Of a stretch of DNA of 64,000 nucleotides, positions 52,401 through 64,000 are shown piece after piece (the first letter of the stretch is position 1; each line of letters starts with the position of its first letter). The DNA is taken from assembly GCA_964247055.1 (NCBI GenBank), contig OZ176054.1, forward strand, positions 11,532,001 through 11,596,000, given 5' to 3'. A model generated the notes under the pieces. The model ran no database searches, had not been told where the DNA came from, and saw only the letters and a list, made by a program, of their open reading frames with translations. Source of the stretch: Paragordius varius. Taxonomy: Eukaryota; Animalia; Nematomorpha. Made by a program: the position numbers and the translations under genes.

Positions 52401-55400
52401 TATTTTGTTGATACAGATAAATTATTATATAGGATAGCTTTATTAAGCAAAATGTTGCTATTTTAGTGGAACAATTAATAAAAAATAGCGATGCAATACA
52501 GAAGTTGTTTTCCCAAATATTATTAAACCTTCGTTTGATTAAAATAAATGTTTTTTCCATTTTAAAAACACCTTAAAATTATTTTTTAATAGGCACTCAT
52601 GTCCCTTTTTGTGCTATCATCCAAAGATGGCTGGGTCAATATCATGTACAATGGCTTAGATGCTGTGGGAATCGATATGCAAGTAAATATGTTTCTCTAA
52701 TGAAATTTTTTAAGTAATAACGTAAAACAGCAATTATTTAATAATTTTAACAAATAAGTATTTTTTTAATCGACAGATCTTATTCATCTGACTTGCGCAA
52801 TTCGTAAATCAAACTTTTTTACCGATATGAAACACCCCAAAAATTCTCTTTCAATCAAAACTAATTGGTTATAAAAAATTGTTTAATATCCTTTTATGCA
52901 AAATTTATCTGATCAACTAATTTAGCCAATAACTAATTTCAATGAATGGAGACTACTATATTTTATTTCGTTTCTGTTATTGGTCGGATTCTTTGTACTA
53001 AACATGTTTGTCGGTGTTGTGGTTGAAAATTTTCACAAATGCCGCGAGGATTTGGAAAGAGAGGAACAAGCTATGCGGATAGCTAAACGAATGAAAAAAA
53101 TGGAGAGTCGGAGAAAAAACGGTAATATTATCCCTTTTGTTACTAAAATTTATAATTATGGATCTAATTGACTTTCTTGAAAGGTTTGCAACCTACTTGA
53201 TAATTTTGAGACAGCTTTTTATTTAAACTTTAGTTAAAAGATAAAAATACACCAGTTTTCAATGATGGTAATCTTAACATTTTTCTGTTGAATTATAATT
53301 CAAAGATATTTTTTGAAAACAACATTTTACCATTGCAAACAATACCTTCATTGTTTACACTTGTTTTAATGAACGTTCCCATTAAAAAATATGTTTGAAT
53401 GAAAAAATTGTTGGATGAAAAATGTTTTTATTAATGAAAATTAATTTTAAATAAAAAATTGTTACCTGAAGGAAAAATTCTGTTTTAAAATAAAAAAATG
53501 TTTATACAAAAGTGTTTCTTTTAATTAAAAGCTTCTAATAAAAAAATATTAATTAATTTTTTGAGTACCTACGACCAAAAATATAAAGACTGTATCTTTA
53601 GGACTATTGCAGCAATCATCCTGGCTTAGTTTGGATTTTACCAGTCAAATTGGTAGAATGGAGCCCAATCAATTAAATTTTTACATTTTTAAACGGCGAA
53701 TTCATAATTATAATGAGAGGACGGTTCCGGCGGGGCATATAATTGAATTGTCACAGCATTTCATTGATCATTTCAATAAAAACTGTGTGGTATATAAATT
53801 TTAGGTCAAAATGAAGACACTGATATGATGGTAAATGATTTATCCAAAGAAAGACGTTTCCTATACAATATCGTAACAAGCAAATATTTTGACTTAGCCA
53901 TTGCTGTAGTTATTGGATTCAATGTCATCTCAATGTCCCTCGAATTTTATAATATGCCCTTAGTAATTTCAATTTAATTATCTCAACTAATCTGGAAATT
54001 TAACCTATATTTTAATTTTAGGAACTAATTTACGCCCTCAAAGTTTTCAACTATTTTTTCACGGCCGTATTTATAATAGAAGCGTCCATGAAAATCATAG
54101 CGCTTGGGTTCAAATCTTTCATATCTGAAAAGTATATGCAAAATTCAATTATTTTATAAATTATGCTTAATTAATTTAGATGGAACCAACTTGATATTCT
54201 TATTGTCATTCTATCCATATTTGGTATAATTTTGGAGGAAATGAAATCAAACATTTTCCCCATCAATCCAACCATTATCCGTGTTATGAGAGTCTTAAGG
54301 ATTGCTAGAGGTTTAAATAATTTTTTTAAGAGATAATATTTTAACTTTATAATTACTTTTTAACAATAGTTCTTAAATTGCTTAAAATGGCGAAGGGTAT
54401 TCGTGCTTTATTGGATACGGTTGCACAAGCGCTTCCCCAAGTTGGAAATTTAGGATTGTTGTTTTTTCTTCTCTTCTTCATATTTGCCGCTTTGGGTGTC
54501 GAACTCTTTGGCAAATTGGGTAAGAATTGTTTTTTCTTTCACTATAAAATCAGTATAAAAAACTTTTTCTAACATTGTACAATAAAATTCAGAATGTTCT
54601 CCGGAACATCCCTGTGAAGGATTAAACGAACACGCTCATTTCCAAGATTTTGGCATGGCGTTTTTAACGTTATTTCGTATCGCAACCGGTGATAATTGGA
54701 ATGGGATAATGAAAGTTATTCATTAAACTTTATAATTGAATTTTCATTTACAATACTGTGCCATTTATTAGCTCAAAAGTTTTAGAGACTAAAAAACTAA
54801 AATATCTAACTATTTATAATAATAAATTTATAAATTTATTAAACAAATTTAGATGTAATCCTCATAAGAAAATAAAGTAAATTGTAATTTTCAATTTTGT
54901 CCCGCATAAAGTTGTTTAAACTGATTAAATTTATTATTTTTATGGAGGATACACTTAGGGAAGATTGCGATGCTTCAAGCGAATGTTATCGGAATTGTTG
55001 CGTTAGTCCCATATTATCACCAATCTTTTTTGTCGTGTTTGTGTTAATGGCCCAATTCGTTTTGGTCAACGTTGTGGTAGCTGTGCTTATGAAACATCTG
55101 GAGGAAAGCAATAAAGTTTTTAATATGATCTTACGATATTTTATCATTTAAGTGGTGTAATATGTTGGGATAGGGAATTCAAATGGATTAATATATAGTT
55201 TTTGCGGTTTTGTATACAATTATTATATAAAATGTTAGATTCGTATTCAAATATTTATCTTTATCACTAAAAAAAGATCGCCTTTACTTGGGATATAAAA
55301 ATGGTTAATTCATAGTGGGTTTCAAAAAATAGCGTATATAAAATTTACTGGCTGGATTTTTTAAAATTTTAAGGGACCATTTAAATGAACTACTCTCATA

Positions 55401-56569
55401 TTTTCTAATCGAAATAATTGCCGAAATTTTTACGGTTTTGAATATAATTTTATCTTATGCATGTTCTCTAAAAAATATTTTGTTTGCTTTAGCAGGTTAT
55501 GTTTGAAGATGAGTTGGATGAATGCATGAAAAGAGAGGCTCAAAATCAAGAAGAGTCATACCGTTTACAACAACAAAAAGATTATATGCGCATACAATAT
55601 GGTGAAGGGTTATTCAAAACAGTACAAATTTTTTTTATTATAAAAAAAATAAAATTATGGCGACGAAACATAAAAAGTAAACTTACATTTTATTCGCAGA
55701 CGACCATATTTTTAGAACTTCATATATTAAATATGACCTTTCGTTTTGTTGCAAAATAAGCACTATGCACGTAACATACCATTTTAAATTTTACAATTGT
55801 AATTATAAATTATAAAGAAAAGGAATCAAAAATTAAATTTTTCTTTTTCGATATGTTAGTCTTTTAATTTTTGTGTTTTGTCTCTATAATTTCATCTTTA
55901 CTGTAAAATGACAAAGTGTTTATAAATCTGTCCTAACAGCATTCAGCCACCAATTTGTCAGATCATGAGAAGAATCAAAATGATGCATTAATAAAAGGCT
56001 ATTATATGCCCACACCTCCAATCCTGCCATTTGAAAATCCTACTATAAATACGAAAAGATCCCCGATAGTATCGTATCACCCTGTTATGAGACAAAGCCA
56101 TACAATAAAATATTATTCATCCTCTAAAAAGGGCAAGCATTGGAAGAATATATCAAATTCATCTTTTCGGCGAACTAACTCAGAAGATAATTTACTAGCA
56201 TGCACTAATCCATATTCGAAACCAAGATTTACGGGGGTCCTTCCAATCTGTAATGCAGCATACGACAGATTTGCCCAATCATTTTCGCCATGCTCGAAAA
56301 TTCATTTGCAAAAGCAACCTTTTTCAATTGTCCATTTCTCAAGTTTCCAGGAACACTCCAAAAAACCAAAAAATTTTAAGACAGCCTCTAATACATTTAT
56401 AAGTAATGGGAAATCGTATATTTTTAAGCGTTTTCGATACACGCGCCGAACATTGTCATTTATCCCAGCAAAATATTTTGATATCCAGGAACCTTATTAT
56501 GCGTCATTCAAACGTTTGTATCGAAAAAGAATGAGGAAAAATTCCTTAATTATACCGAATAAATATTAA
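40495..56569 (+). CDS. CACNA1G: T-type (Cav3) voltage-gated calcium channel alpha1 subunit, ~36 exons
   Basis: Four repeats with S4 segments ([65 protein letters not shown]). Pore loops ISLEGW, LTQEDW, SSKDGW, ATGDNW give an EEDD filter. Gating brake ([16 protein letters not shown]), APVASPE and IIHTEATP motifs are present. The first coding exon is 40495-40583 and the last 55940-56569; linker and C-terminal exons are less certain. The symbol stands for the Cav3 family (CACNA1G/H/I, Ca-alpha1T, cca-1). Confidence 0.95.
40584..42226 (+). other. U12-type AT-AC intron (first intron of the Cav3 coding region)
   Basis: 5' end ATATCCTTTT, branch point CCTTAAC at 42193-42199 and 3' end TTTAC. Removal joins ..SLRIVKK-TC|A-TGG to give LRIVKKSWFEK, the Cav3 equivalent of LRxVxNPWFE. 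Confidence 0.9.
46190..46447. mobile_element. MITE family A copy (Cav3 intron)
   Basis: CAAATTCACCCTTGGAACGATTCAAATTCATCCT ... GCGTGAATTTGAATTGTTCGAGGGT inverted ends. Confidence 0.65.
51605..51931. mobile_element. MITE family A copy with best-preserved TIRs (Cav3 intron)
   Basis: Left end CCATTTAAACCTCAAATTCACCCTTGAACAATTC versus reverse complement of the right end CCATTTATAGCTCAAATTCACACTTAAACAATTC. Confidence 0.75.
53602..53652 (+). CDS. Candidate optional 51-nt cassette exon in the Cav3 III-IV linker (exon 26-like)
   Basis: ctttag|GA CTA TTG...ATT G|gtagaa is a symmetric phase 1-1 exon without stops, encoding (G)[16 protein letters not shown]. It sits between the exons ending RRKN and starting QNEDT. 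Confidence 0.55.
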
Positions 56570-58054
56570 ATTTATGAATATTTTACATCCTAATATAATG
56601 AGAAAAATATGTGATTTACACCTAAACTAGTCCCATATTATTGCACCTATGAAATATTTTTATGGAAATTAATTTTAAAAGCTGCCCTGATTAATATCGA
56701 TTGTAATAAATATTTGCTCTAATTATTTGTATATTTTTGATTTTTACATAACATTCAAAAATAAATATAGAAATATGGCCTCTCAATTATAAAACGGCCA
56801 ATATTAACTTAAAAACGCCACCACCTTCCAGTATTTCAATAAAAATTTTAATATTAATATATTTCAAATAAACTATAATACAAATTTATTTTTAAAAAAT
56901 TAATTTGTTAAATACAGACAAGAATTTCTACCGTTTCAAACATTTTGTAAAATTGCGTTGACATTTTGATATTATAATTGTTTAACATTGAAGTATTGGC
57001 AAAAAGGAGATTTTTACCCGGGGAAGATCAATTATCGCAATGGAATAGTTTTTGATATTTTTTAAATCAACTGTTTCCTTCAATCGGCTCTAGCTATCCC
57101 AATTTTATCAAAAAGTTAGAAAACTGAAAATATAAGCTAGCCTTTTTATCCAATATATAATAAAATGCTTGATTAAAATTAACCAACACCACTCTCAAGC
57201 AGATAATTTACTACTTTAACCTCTGTAATACAAAACCGCCTAAGAGGGAAAAACTAATGAAGAATTCAGCAAAGAATTTGTTTTGCTAAGAAAACAGAGA
57301 GGACACAGTATAGAAATTAATTTCAAACATATTTTTTAATATTTAACTGTTTTTCCTTTGACGTATGTATCAAATGCAAATCAATTTGCTGACACTTGTT
57401 GGGTCTTTTATAGCAACAGCTTTTTATAATAATTATGTGCACCGATTTAAACTATAAACCTTTATAAATAGAAAAAAAATAACCATGCTTTTTAAATATA
57501 ATGCTCGGTTGCACTTCATTCATAATTATATGGTTTTTAAGTATTGCATACATCATTCATTTCAAAATCTTGTGATAAATCAATGGAAAGAATCTCTATT
57601 CTTTCCCCATATTATTCCTTGTTATTTTGTTATATGTGGCTGCTTGTTAAAACATTTAAGATTTTCCAAGTATTTTTCAATAGACAAAAGACCATTGCAC
57701 TAGCCTTACGGTTATATTTTTATAAAAGTTATCATTTTTAAAGGGTTCTTACAGTAGATCATTTAACCACCAACATAATTCTAAGTGCAAGTAATAAATC
57801 TTTAATTTCATATAAAATAAGGTTCCTGGTGTACATTTGCGAGCTATAAGGTGGTTTTCGCATGGTTTGAGCCTTAAATCATGCTTAACCGCTGCCACAC
57901 TAAAACTTTCCTAAACCGTTGTTGTGGCCAAATTTTTAAGCCATTCACATGAAAAAAACTGGATATGCAGATGACTTTTATTATCGATGCTATTTTAACA
58001 TGCTTTTATGCGATAGGATTTATGGTTTGGTGTATAATCTATATTTCCATCATA

Positions 58055-59197
58055 TACCAGATGTATTCATAACTTATTACGGTACAACGAAAAGACGTCA
58101 ACAAAAATTAAGCAGATAATTACGATACATACCTATTTATATCTACAAACACTGAAAAATTGAGTTCGCCAACAATTAGAATTGTCTAAAAAATTTGCTT
58201 CAGCCCATGTCAATCAGAAGAAAAAGGCTGTTAAATGGTATCGTTTGATGAGCATATGGTAAACACTCGAATGCTTAACACATGTGTTTCAAAATATTAA
58301 AAGTTGTGTTAAAGAGTGTTGGCGTGGTAGACACCACAGTTCAAAGACGCTAAAGTGTCAAAGTTATTGGATCATGACCCAACTCAAAATTAATAATAAT
58401 TGGCAGAACCATTATATGTACCACAGAAAACAATCAATAGATGTCTAAGAGCAATGGGAAACACCAGTAAACTCGGTAAAAGAGTCCCATACAATTTGAA
58501 TGAGTGCCAAATCGAAAATCACAAAGTGATTTGTGAAATCCTTATTCAACGTCACGAAAAAAATTACTTTTTCAGCGAATTGGGTCGGGTGATGAGGAAT
58601 GCCTTTATTTTCTAATGAAAGCAAAAAAATAGTGGCCTTCACCTTCCCAAACCGTTTCATCCACTATAAAGCCAAATCGTTTTGGCAAGAAAACCATGGT
58701 CTGTGTCTGGGTAGAACCAGAACGGTGCTGTGCATTATAAACTTTTGAAGTCCCGTTTAAATAGCTAATACATAATACTATCGCTAAAAATACCCAATTA
58801 AAACCACGCATCAATCGAAAAACAACCGGGATGAGCCAGAAAAAATGTTGCTACATGACAATGCTTCGTGTCAAACAGCAAAGTCAGTAACCTTAAAAAC
58901 GCTTCGATAGAAAATTTTCCGCATCCGTTGAACTCTCCTGACCTGGCGTCATCTGACTAATACAACTTCGCATGATTAGGCAAACCCGCACAGTGCAGGA
59001 CAATAATTTTTATGAATTACGTTGGAAGATCGCTTGAAATGGTTTGCCGCTTTTTCTGCCACGGCTGCTATATATAAACTGTGAGATGAGCGAATTGTGT
59101 AGAGGCCAATGAACAATATTTTTAATAAATTTAATAATTGATTTCCTCCCTAAATTATTTTTACTCAAAAATCAGTAACTTATGAATATACCTTGTA
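58055..59197 (+). mobile_element. Decayed mariner transposon with TA-bounded imperfect TIRs
   Basis: Ends TACCAGATGTATTCATAACTTATT and AGTAACTTATGAATATACCTTGTA are inverted. Remnants include KLGKRVPYNL, ICEILIQRH, KPNRFGKKTMVCVW, MLLHDNA, PHPLNSPDLASSD and NCVEANEQYF. Confidence 0.85.
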
Positions 59198-59983
59198 AAA
59201 CAAATAAATACGTATTATCTTGTATAAATTATTTTGAATGATGAAATTGGTAGGTATCACATTTTTTTTAATTTGATTCTAGTCTCACATTATCCATAAA
59301 ATAAAAGTTATCAGCCATAAAACAACCAAAACACCATTCTTTATTATTTGATATGATTTGATTATTTACTTTATTAGAAGTTAAATCATGCATAACTGTT
59401 TCATAATTTTTTTGTCAATAAATTTTTATCGCCCTGGTACCAATACTGAGCAAAACTTTTATGTAGCTTATGGAAGATATCTATAATTTTATGATGAAAT
59501 CTGATATTTATACATTAAAGCTCAAATTAATAGTTTCATTCAATTTTTGTATACAAAATTTTTTATTAAATTAAATTGAAAATATCAATAATAATAATTA
59601 TTTTTTGACGTAAATCACTAATTTTTATAGGTATTTTAGATGATTAAATTTTTTTTCATATATCTTATACATATATTTTTTTATTAAGAAAACTGAGAGA
59701 AAATATAGTTTTTCGCATTCCTTATATTGATTATTTGATATAAACGCTAGAACTAACAAACATTTATGTCATTATAAGACTGGACAAAACTTTTTTTTCT
59801 GATTTTCCCTTCCCTTCCTTTTTCGTGATATTTGCCATGTTATCACCTAAAAACAGAAGAAATCACAAATATTCGACTTAAATTTATACATGATATTCCT
59901 TATTTATCTGATGGAATTTTCAAAAAAGCTCCATGTGTTTTAACCAAAATTCATTGTTTAATTTTAATCTCCGTTGGTCAATT

Positions 59984-62900
59984 ATGCATATTAATAACAC
60001 GCCTAAATTATTAACAAAGGCCAAGGCCTATGGCATTGATATTCTGGTTGGATTCATATTAAGCCTATTACTCTGTATCCTATTTATACCGAATTGGATA
60101 AAAATTGTTGAATATGAATTAAATAATTCCGGCCCATCTAAAGATGAATTACAAAAGCTTTCTCCTGCAAGAGAAAATACAGAACCTAATGAACACCCAA
60201 GAATAGAATCGAAAAATTTTGATATAATATCTGTCACGGCGTTTGGATTACTGACTTATTGCAAGACCAATCATTTTTTCCATATTAATGTTAATCAAGG
60301 TTTCGATAAATTATCTTTTGCGGCATTCAATATTTTTTAGGAATTGTATTTCGATGTTCCAATTATTAATCACAATTTTTTATATTAATTCATCTTTTCT
60401 TTTATATTATCTTTAGTTGGGACAAAAAGATCCGAATCCGTATGTTTCAACATAAAACTAATGAAAGATAGTTATCATCTTCCCTCCATGGCAAGTAAAT
60501 ATTATGCCTATTTTTTTTGTAAACTTGTAATTAAAATAATTTTTCCGACTTTTGTTTAAATTTAATAAAATATATATCAATATATGTTTGATAGAAATGC
60601 TTAGTTCAACTTACATATATATTACGCTATCCATCATCCATACTGTTTTGGGGTATGGAATGCTCAAAATTTGGACGCGTTGGACTAAAAAAGACGTCTT
60701 AAACATTATCAGTTCCACGCTTTTTCTCGTATCAGGCAATTATTTTTGGATAATGATTTAAAAAAATATTTTAACCATAATATTTCTGGCAGGCATCTAA
60801 ATTAGTATGTTAAATAGATTTTTTAAAGCATATATCTCTACAATAATATATACCATGGCATATCCATCATTTTTGTTATTATAATAATACATATATTTCT
60901 GCATATTTGTCATAGGTTTATTTCTCTTGGGAAGCATTATTATCATATTCGCAAACGTAGAAAAAGAAATTCATGCCAGATTAGTAAGTCCCCCTGTTGT
61001 TCACATGACGACTTCAGTTGATGGAGGAAGGAGAAAATTACAGAATTCAACAATCATCTTTGATAAAATGGTTTCTAAAACATTCCTATTGTCAAAAACC
61101 AGTGGTGCTGTATATCCTGAAAATACGTATAGGGGAGTTAAAAACTACCATTTTACTACATTAAGCTTAACACCAAGAACTATTACAAATGACTCTGTAA
61201 AAACATTTGAAAAATTATTAGTAATGCATGATATTAGGTCTGTAAATCATTTTCAAGTATCCAATACAAGCAACTTGAAGCGTAACAGTAAGGAGCATAT
61301 TGGAAGGAGAAAACGCAATGTTTTAGACATTATAAGAAAAAATAAGATACTTTATAGATATGATCCCATACCACAATCAATTAATATGGTTGAATTTGGT
61401 AGAATCACCATTAATCATCGCGATAAAAAAAGTGCGTATGATGAATCGCATCATATTATTCATAAGGCGAAATCCTTGCAATCAACTGCTGCCATAAATA
61501 ATGTTACAAATGAGTTGTATTATCAAAATCATAGCTCTAGCCATAATCAGACATTGTTACCAAAACGAAGCAAGTTAATTAATCAAAATCATAATCATCG
61601 CAATATGAATTTGTCTTCTATCCATCCCAGCATTGCAAAACGTTTTATCTCCACGGATTTTTTACATGGAGCGACCACTTTTAAAACCAATAATACTTAT
61701 TTTGATGGAAATAAAAGAAAACAAAAATCATTATTAAATATAACAGGCACCACACCCACACTGTTAAACAAACATCAAAATGAGGACCAACAACTTGAAC
61801 AGTTGAGACAAAATGTATCCAATCTTCTCAGGGAACAATTTAGATATATGGATTATTTTGTATGGTACAAAGATCGTGCTTATACTCTTAGCTGGATATT
61901 TTATTTGTCATGCTTGGCTTTTGTCTTACTTAACGTGACATGTGTCCTGATATCTGCACCTCTTTTCCAAAAACTTGAGGCTACCATTATATCGCTAAGA
62001 TCGATAGAAAGATTAAGGAATCTTAAACGAAGTTTTGATTCAAACGATATCCTTACAATGGTTTGCAAACTTAATCAATACCCAATTAGTACGACACAAA
62101 TAAATGGCGGTCCCGCTAGCACCACCCAAAATTTACAGGGGCAAAGAGAAAATATTATTGATTTAGATAGATCAATAGAGAAAAATAAGTTAAGTACACA
62201 GCTGTATCAAAAATTTGCCCACGAATACATGAATCAAAGTGTAAAACGCAAAAAACAAAATGAATCCAATTTTCCAAAAGATCCACGAATTCCACCCTCT
62301 CAAAGTTTACAAATATGTAGAAGTTGTCATGAAACTTTCTTACCCAATGATAGCAGTATATCCAAATTAAGAGCACAGCGGAAATCAGTGGTAGGTAGTT
62401 TTGAAACACTCTTTCCTATAGCAACTTCCGAAAATGCGGATAACTCAATTCTAATAGGAGATTTTTCCACACTTCATAAACATAATATAGCAGATCCTGA
62501 TACATCGCAATATTCTACAAAATATAAAACACTAAGTAGCGTACTTAATGTTTTTCCTCCACAAAAAACGGTAGAAAACCATGATGACACTAAGTTTGAA
62601 GTTAATCTTTCAAGAGACTCTTCTGAAGCCACCAAAAACAACACATTTTTCATGAATAATTTAACGAATACAGTTATAACTAACAAGCTAGAGTATGATA
62701 AAGATACTAAATTTATGCAATGTTCCATTAACAATCCCATCACTTATAATACAAAAAGAAGTTGGTATCAACCTAAAAAATATTTATCTCCAATAAAGTT
62801 GATTCCACACGACAACAGAACATTTAAGCCGTACACAACAAACGATTTTCTTACTTCTCTTCCAGGCAATTATTCACCAAAGTGCTCTTTTGAATATCAA

Positions 62901-64000
62901 CTACTGTTAAGCCTTTTAGGTATTATAGAGATGTTAGAACAACATATTAATATGCAACCAATATGTAATTTAAAATTATTGAAAAAATGTACTGACACTA
63001 AAACTGTGTATCATAAAAATCAAACGAATATGGATATAGTTAACAGTTTAATGCCCCATAATCCGATTAATAGTTACTTTCAAAATAGCAAATCCAATTA
63101 TAATAGCAAAAGCAACATTAAACATAATTTAATTAGGAATAATCCACCAAGCATCTTCTTTGATCCAATTAATAATGGTGTAAATGCTCCAAATGAAGCT
63201 AATATATTTACACAATTGCGACAAGGCGAAACAAACATAAGACCTGTTATCAATTATGACCCGAATGAACATCTTAGCAATAAGAAACATGAAAACCCTT
63301 TAATAAGACAAAAACAGGGTTTTCTTGAATATGGAAATCTACCCACGTATTACAACAACGAAACTAATAAATTTAATTTAGGAGATGTTTTTGACACCAG
63401 AACTGAAGTGGACAATCTAATGAAATCTAGCCATAACTTAAGCAGTAGTAATATATTCTGCCTATCAAATTCTTTTTCTTTTGACCCTATTTATTACAAT
63501 AATGATGATATTTATCATAACACAAACGATTCCTTAGTTAATGTTAAAAACGAATCTTTTGTGACAAACGGACTAGAAGAGCAAAAATTAGAATATAAAT
63601 CTTTTGATATTACTGCTAAAAATTATTACCATACTGGAATACCAATGAGCAATTTATGTAATACGGAACGAAATCATAATAATACGTTTCGACAAATTAA
63701 TAGGGTAAGTACGTTGGATAATAATTATGTTGAAAACAACAAAATCTTTACAGCAAAATGCAAGGAAAAATTACCACCACAAAAAAGACAGGTTTTTTCG
63801 CCTCTAAAGGCATGCAATTACATACCATCCGTCCCTTCATTGTTGTGTGAAAGTTTACTAAATACCAGTTTAGATTACGCGTTTGATAGCGAAAAGGGAG
63901 CACAAATGGCAGATATAATTTTTCCTGCAACTCAAAGATCTGACACCAACAAAAGTTTGGCTAGTATGGAAGAACGGTTGTCCCATCATCCATTTGGCCA
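59984..64000 (+). CDS. Claudin/PMP22-superfamily four-TM protein with ~310-aa second extracellular loop and >680-aa C-terminal tail (3' end beyond window)
   Basis: Exons 59984-60299, 60417-60494, 60595-60735 and 60916->64000; the last is open for >1000 codons with no stop and is absent from the ORF track. TM1 is followed by W, then FGLLTYC...VCFNI (W-GLW-C-C-like). TM2 YIYITLSIIHTVLG, TM3 TLFLVSGLFLLGSIIIF and TM4 YTLSWIFYLSCLAF (Y.GWSFYL-like). Confidence 0.72.

Noticed and set aside
55931-55939. TCCTAAC as a U12 branch point before the last Cav3 exon
   Set aside because: It abuts the AG with no spacing and no matching RTATCCTT donor exists upstream.
62155-63930. Minus-strand ORFs 62155-62409, 62474-62743 and 63748-63930
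   Set aside because: They are antisense shadows of the long plus-strand exon.

Overview
This is very AT-rich eukaryotic (animal, probably protostome invertebrate) genomic DNA with spliced genes and many decayed transposons. Genes reconstructed by hand: the 3' part of SEC13 (677-5276, +); an intronless orphan 7TM/GPCR-like ORF (8545-9630, -); a prosaposin-like gene with 1 SapA and 6 SapB domains (15395-25846, +); MXRA7-like (28443-28824, -) head-to-head with PDAP1 (28965-31001, +); a T-type calcium channel Cav3 with EEDD filter and about 36 exons (40495-56569, +); and a claudin/PMP22-superfamily gene with a very large second extracellular loop that runs off the window (59984-64000, +). The most striking signal is the splicing system. 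About ten introns of only 23-30 nt are needed to restore conserved proteins. Only about 8 of 66 inferred major-class donors have the usual +5 G. The same window also keeps a U12-type AT-AC intron in Cav3 and probably a GC-AG intron. Mobile elements include a decayed Penelope-like element, RTE-like LINE 3' ends, two mariner relics, three MITE families and a diverged ~310-bp tandem array. All exon structures are manual inferences with no transcript data, and the species cannot be determined from this window.
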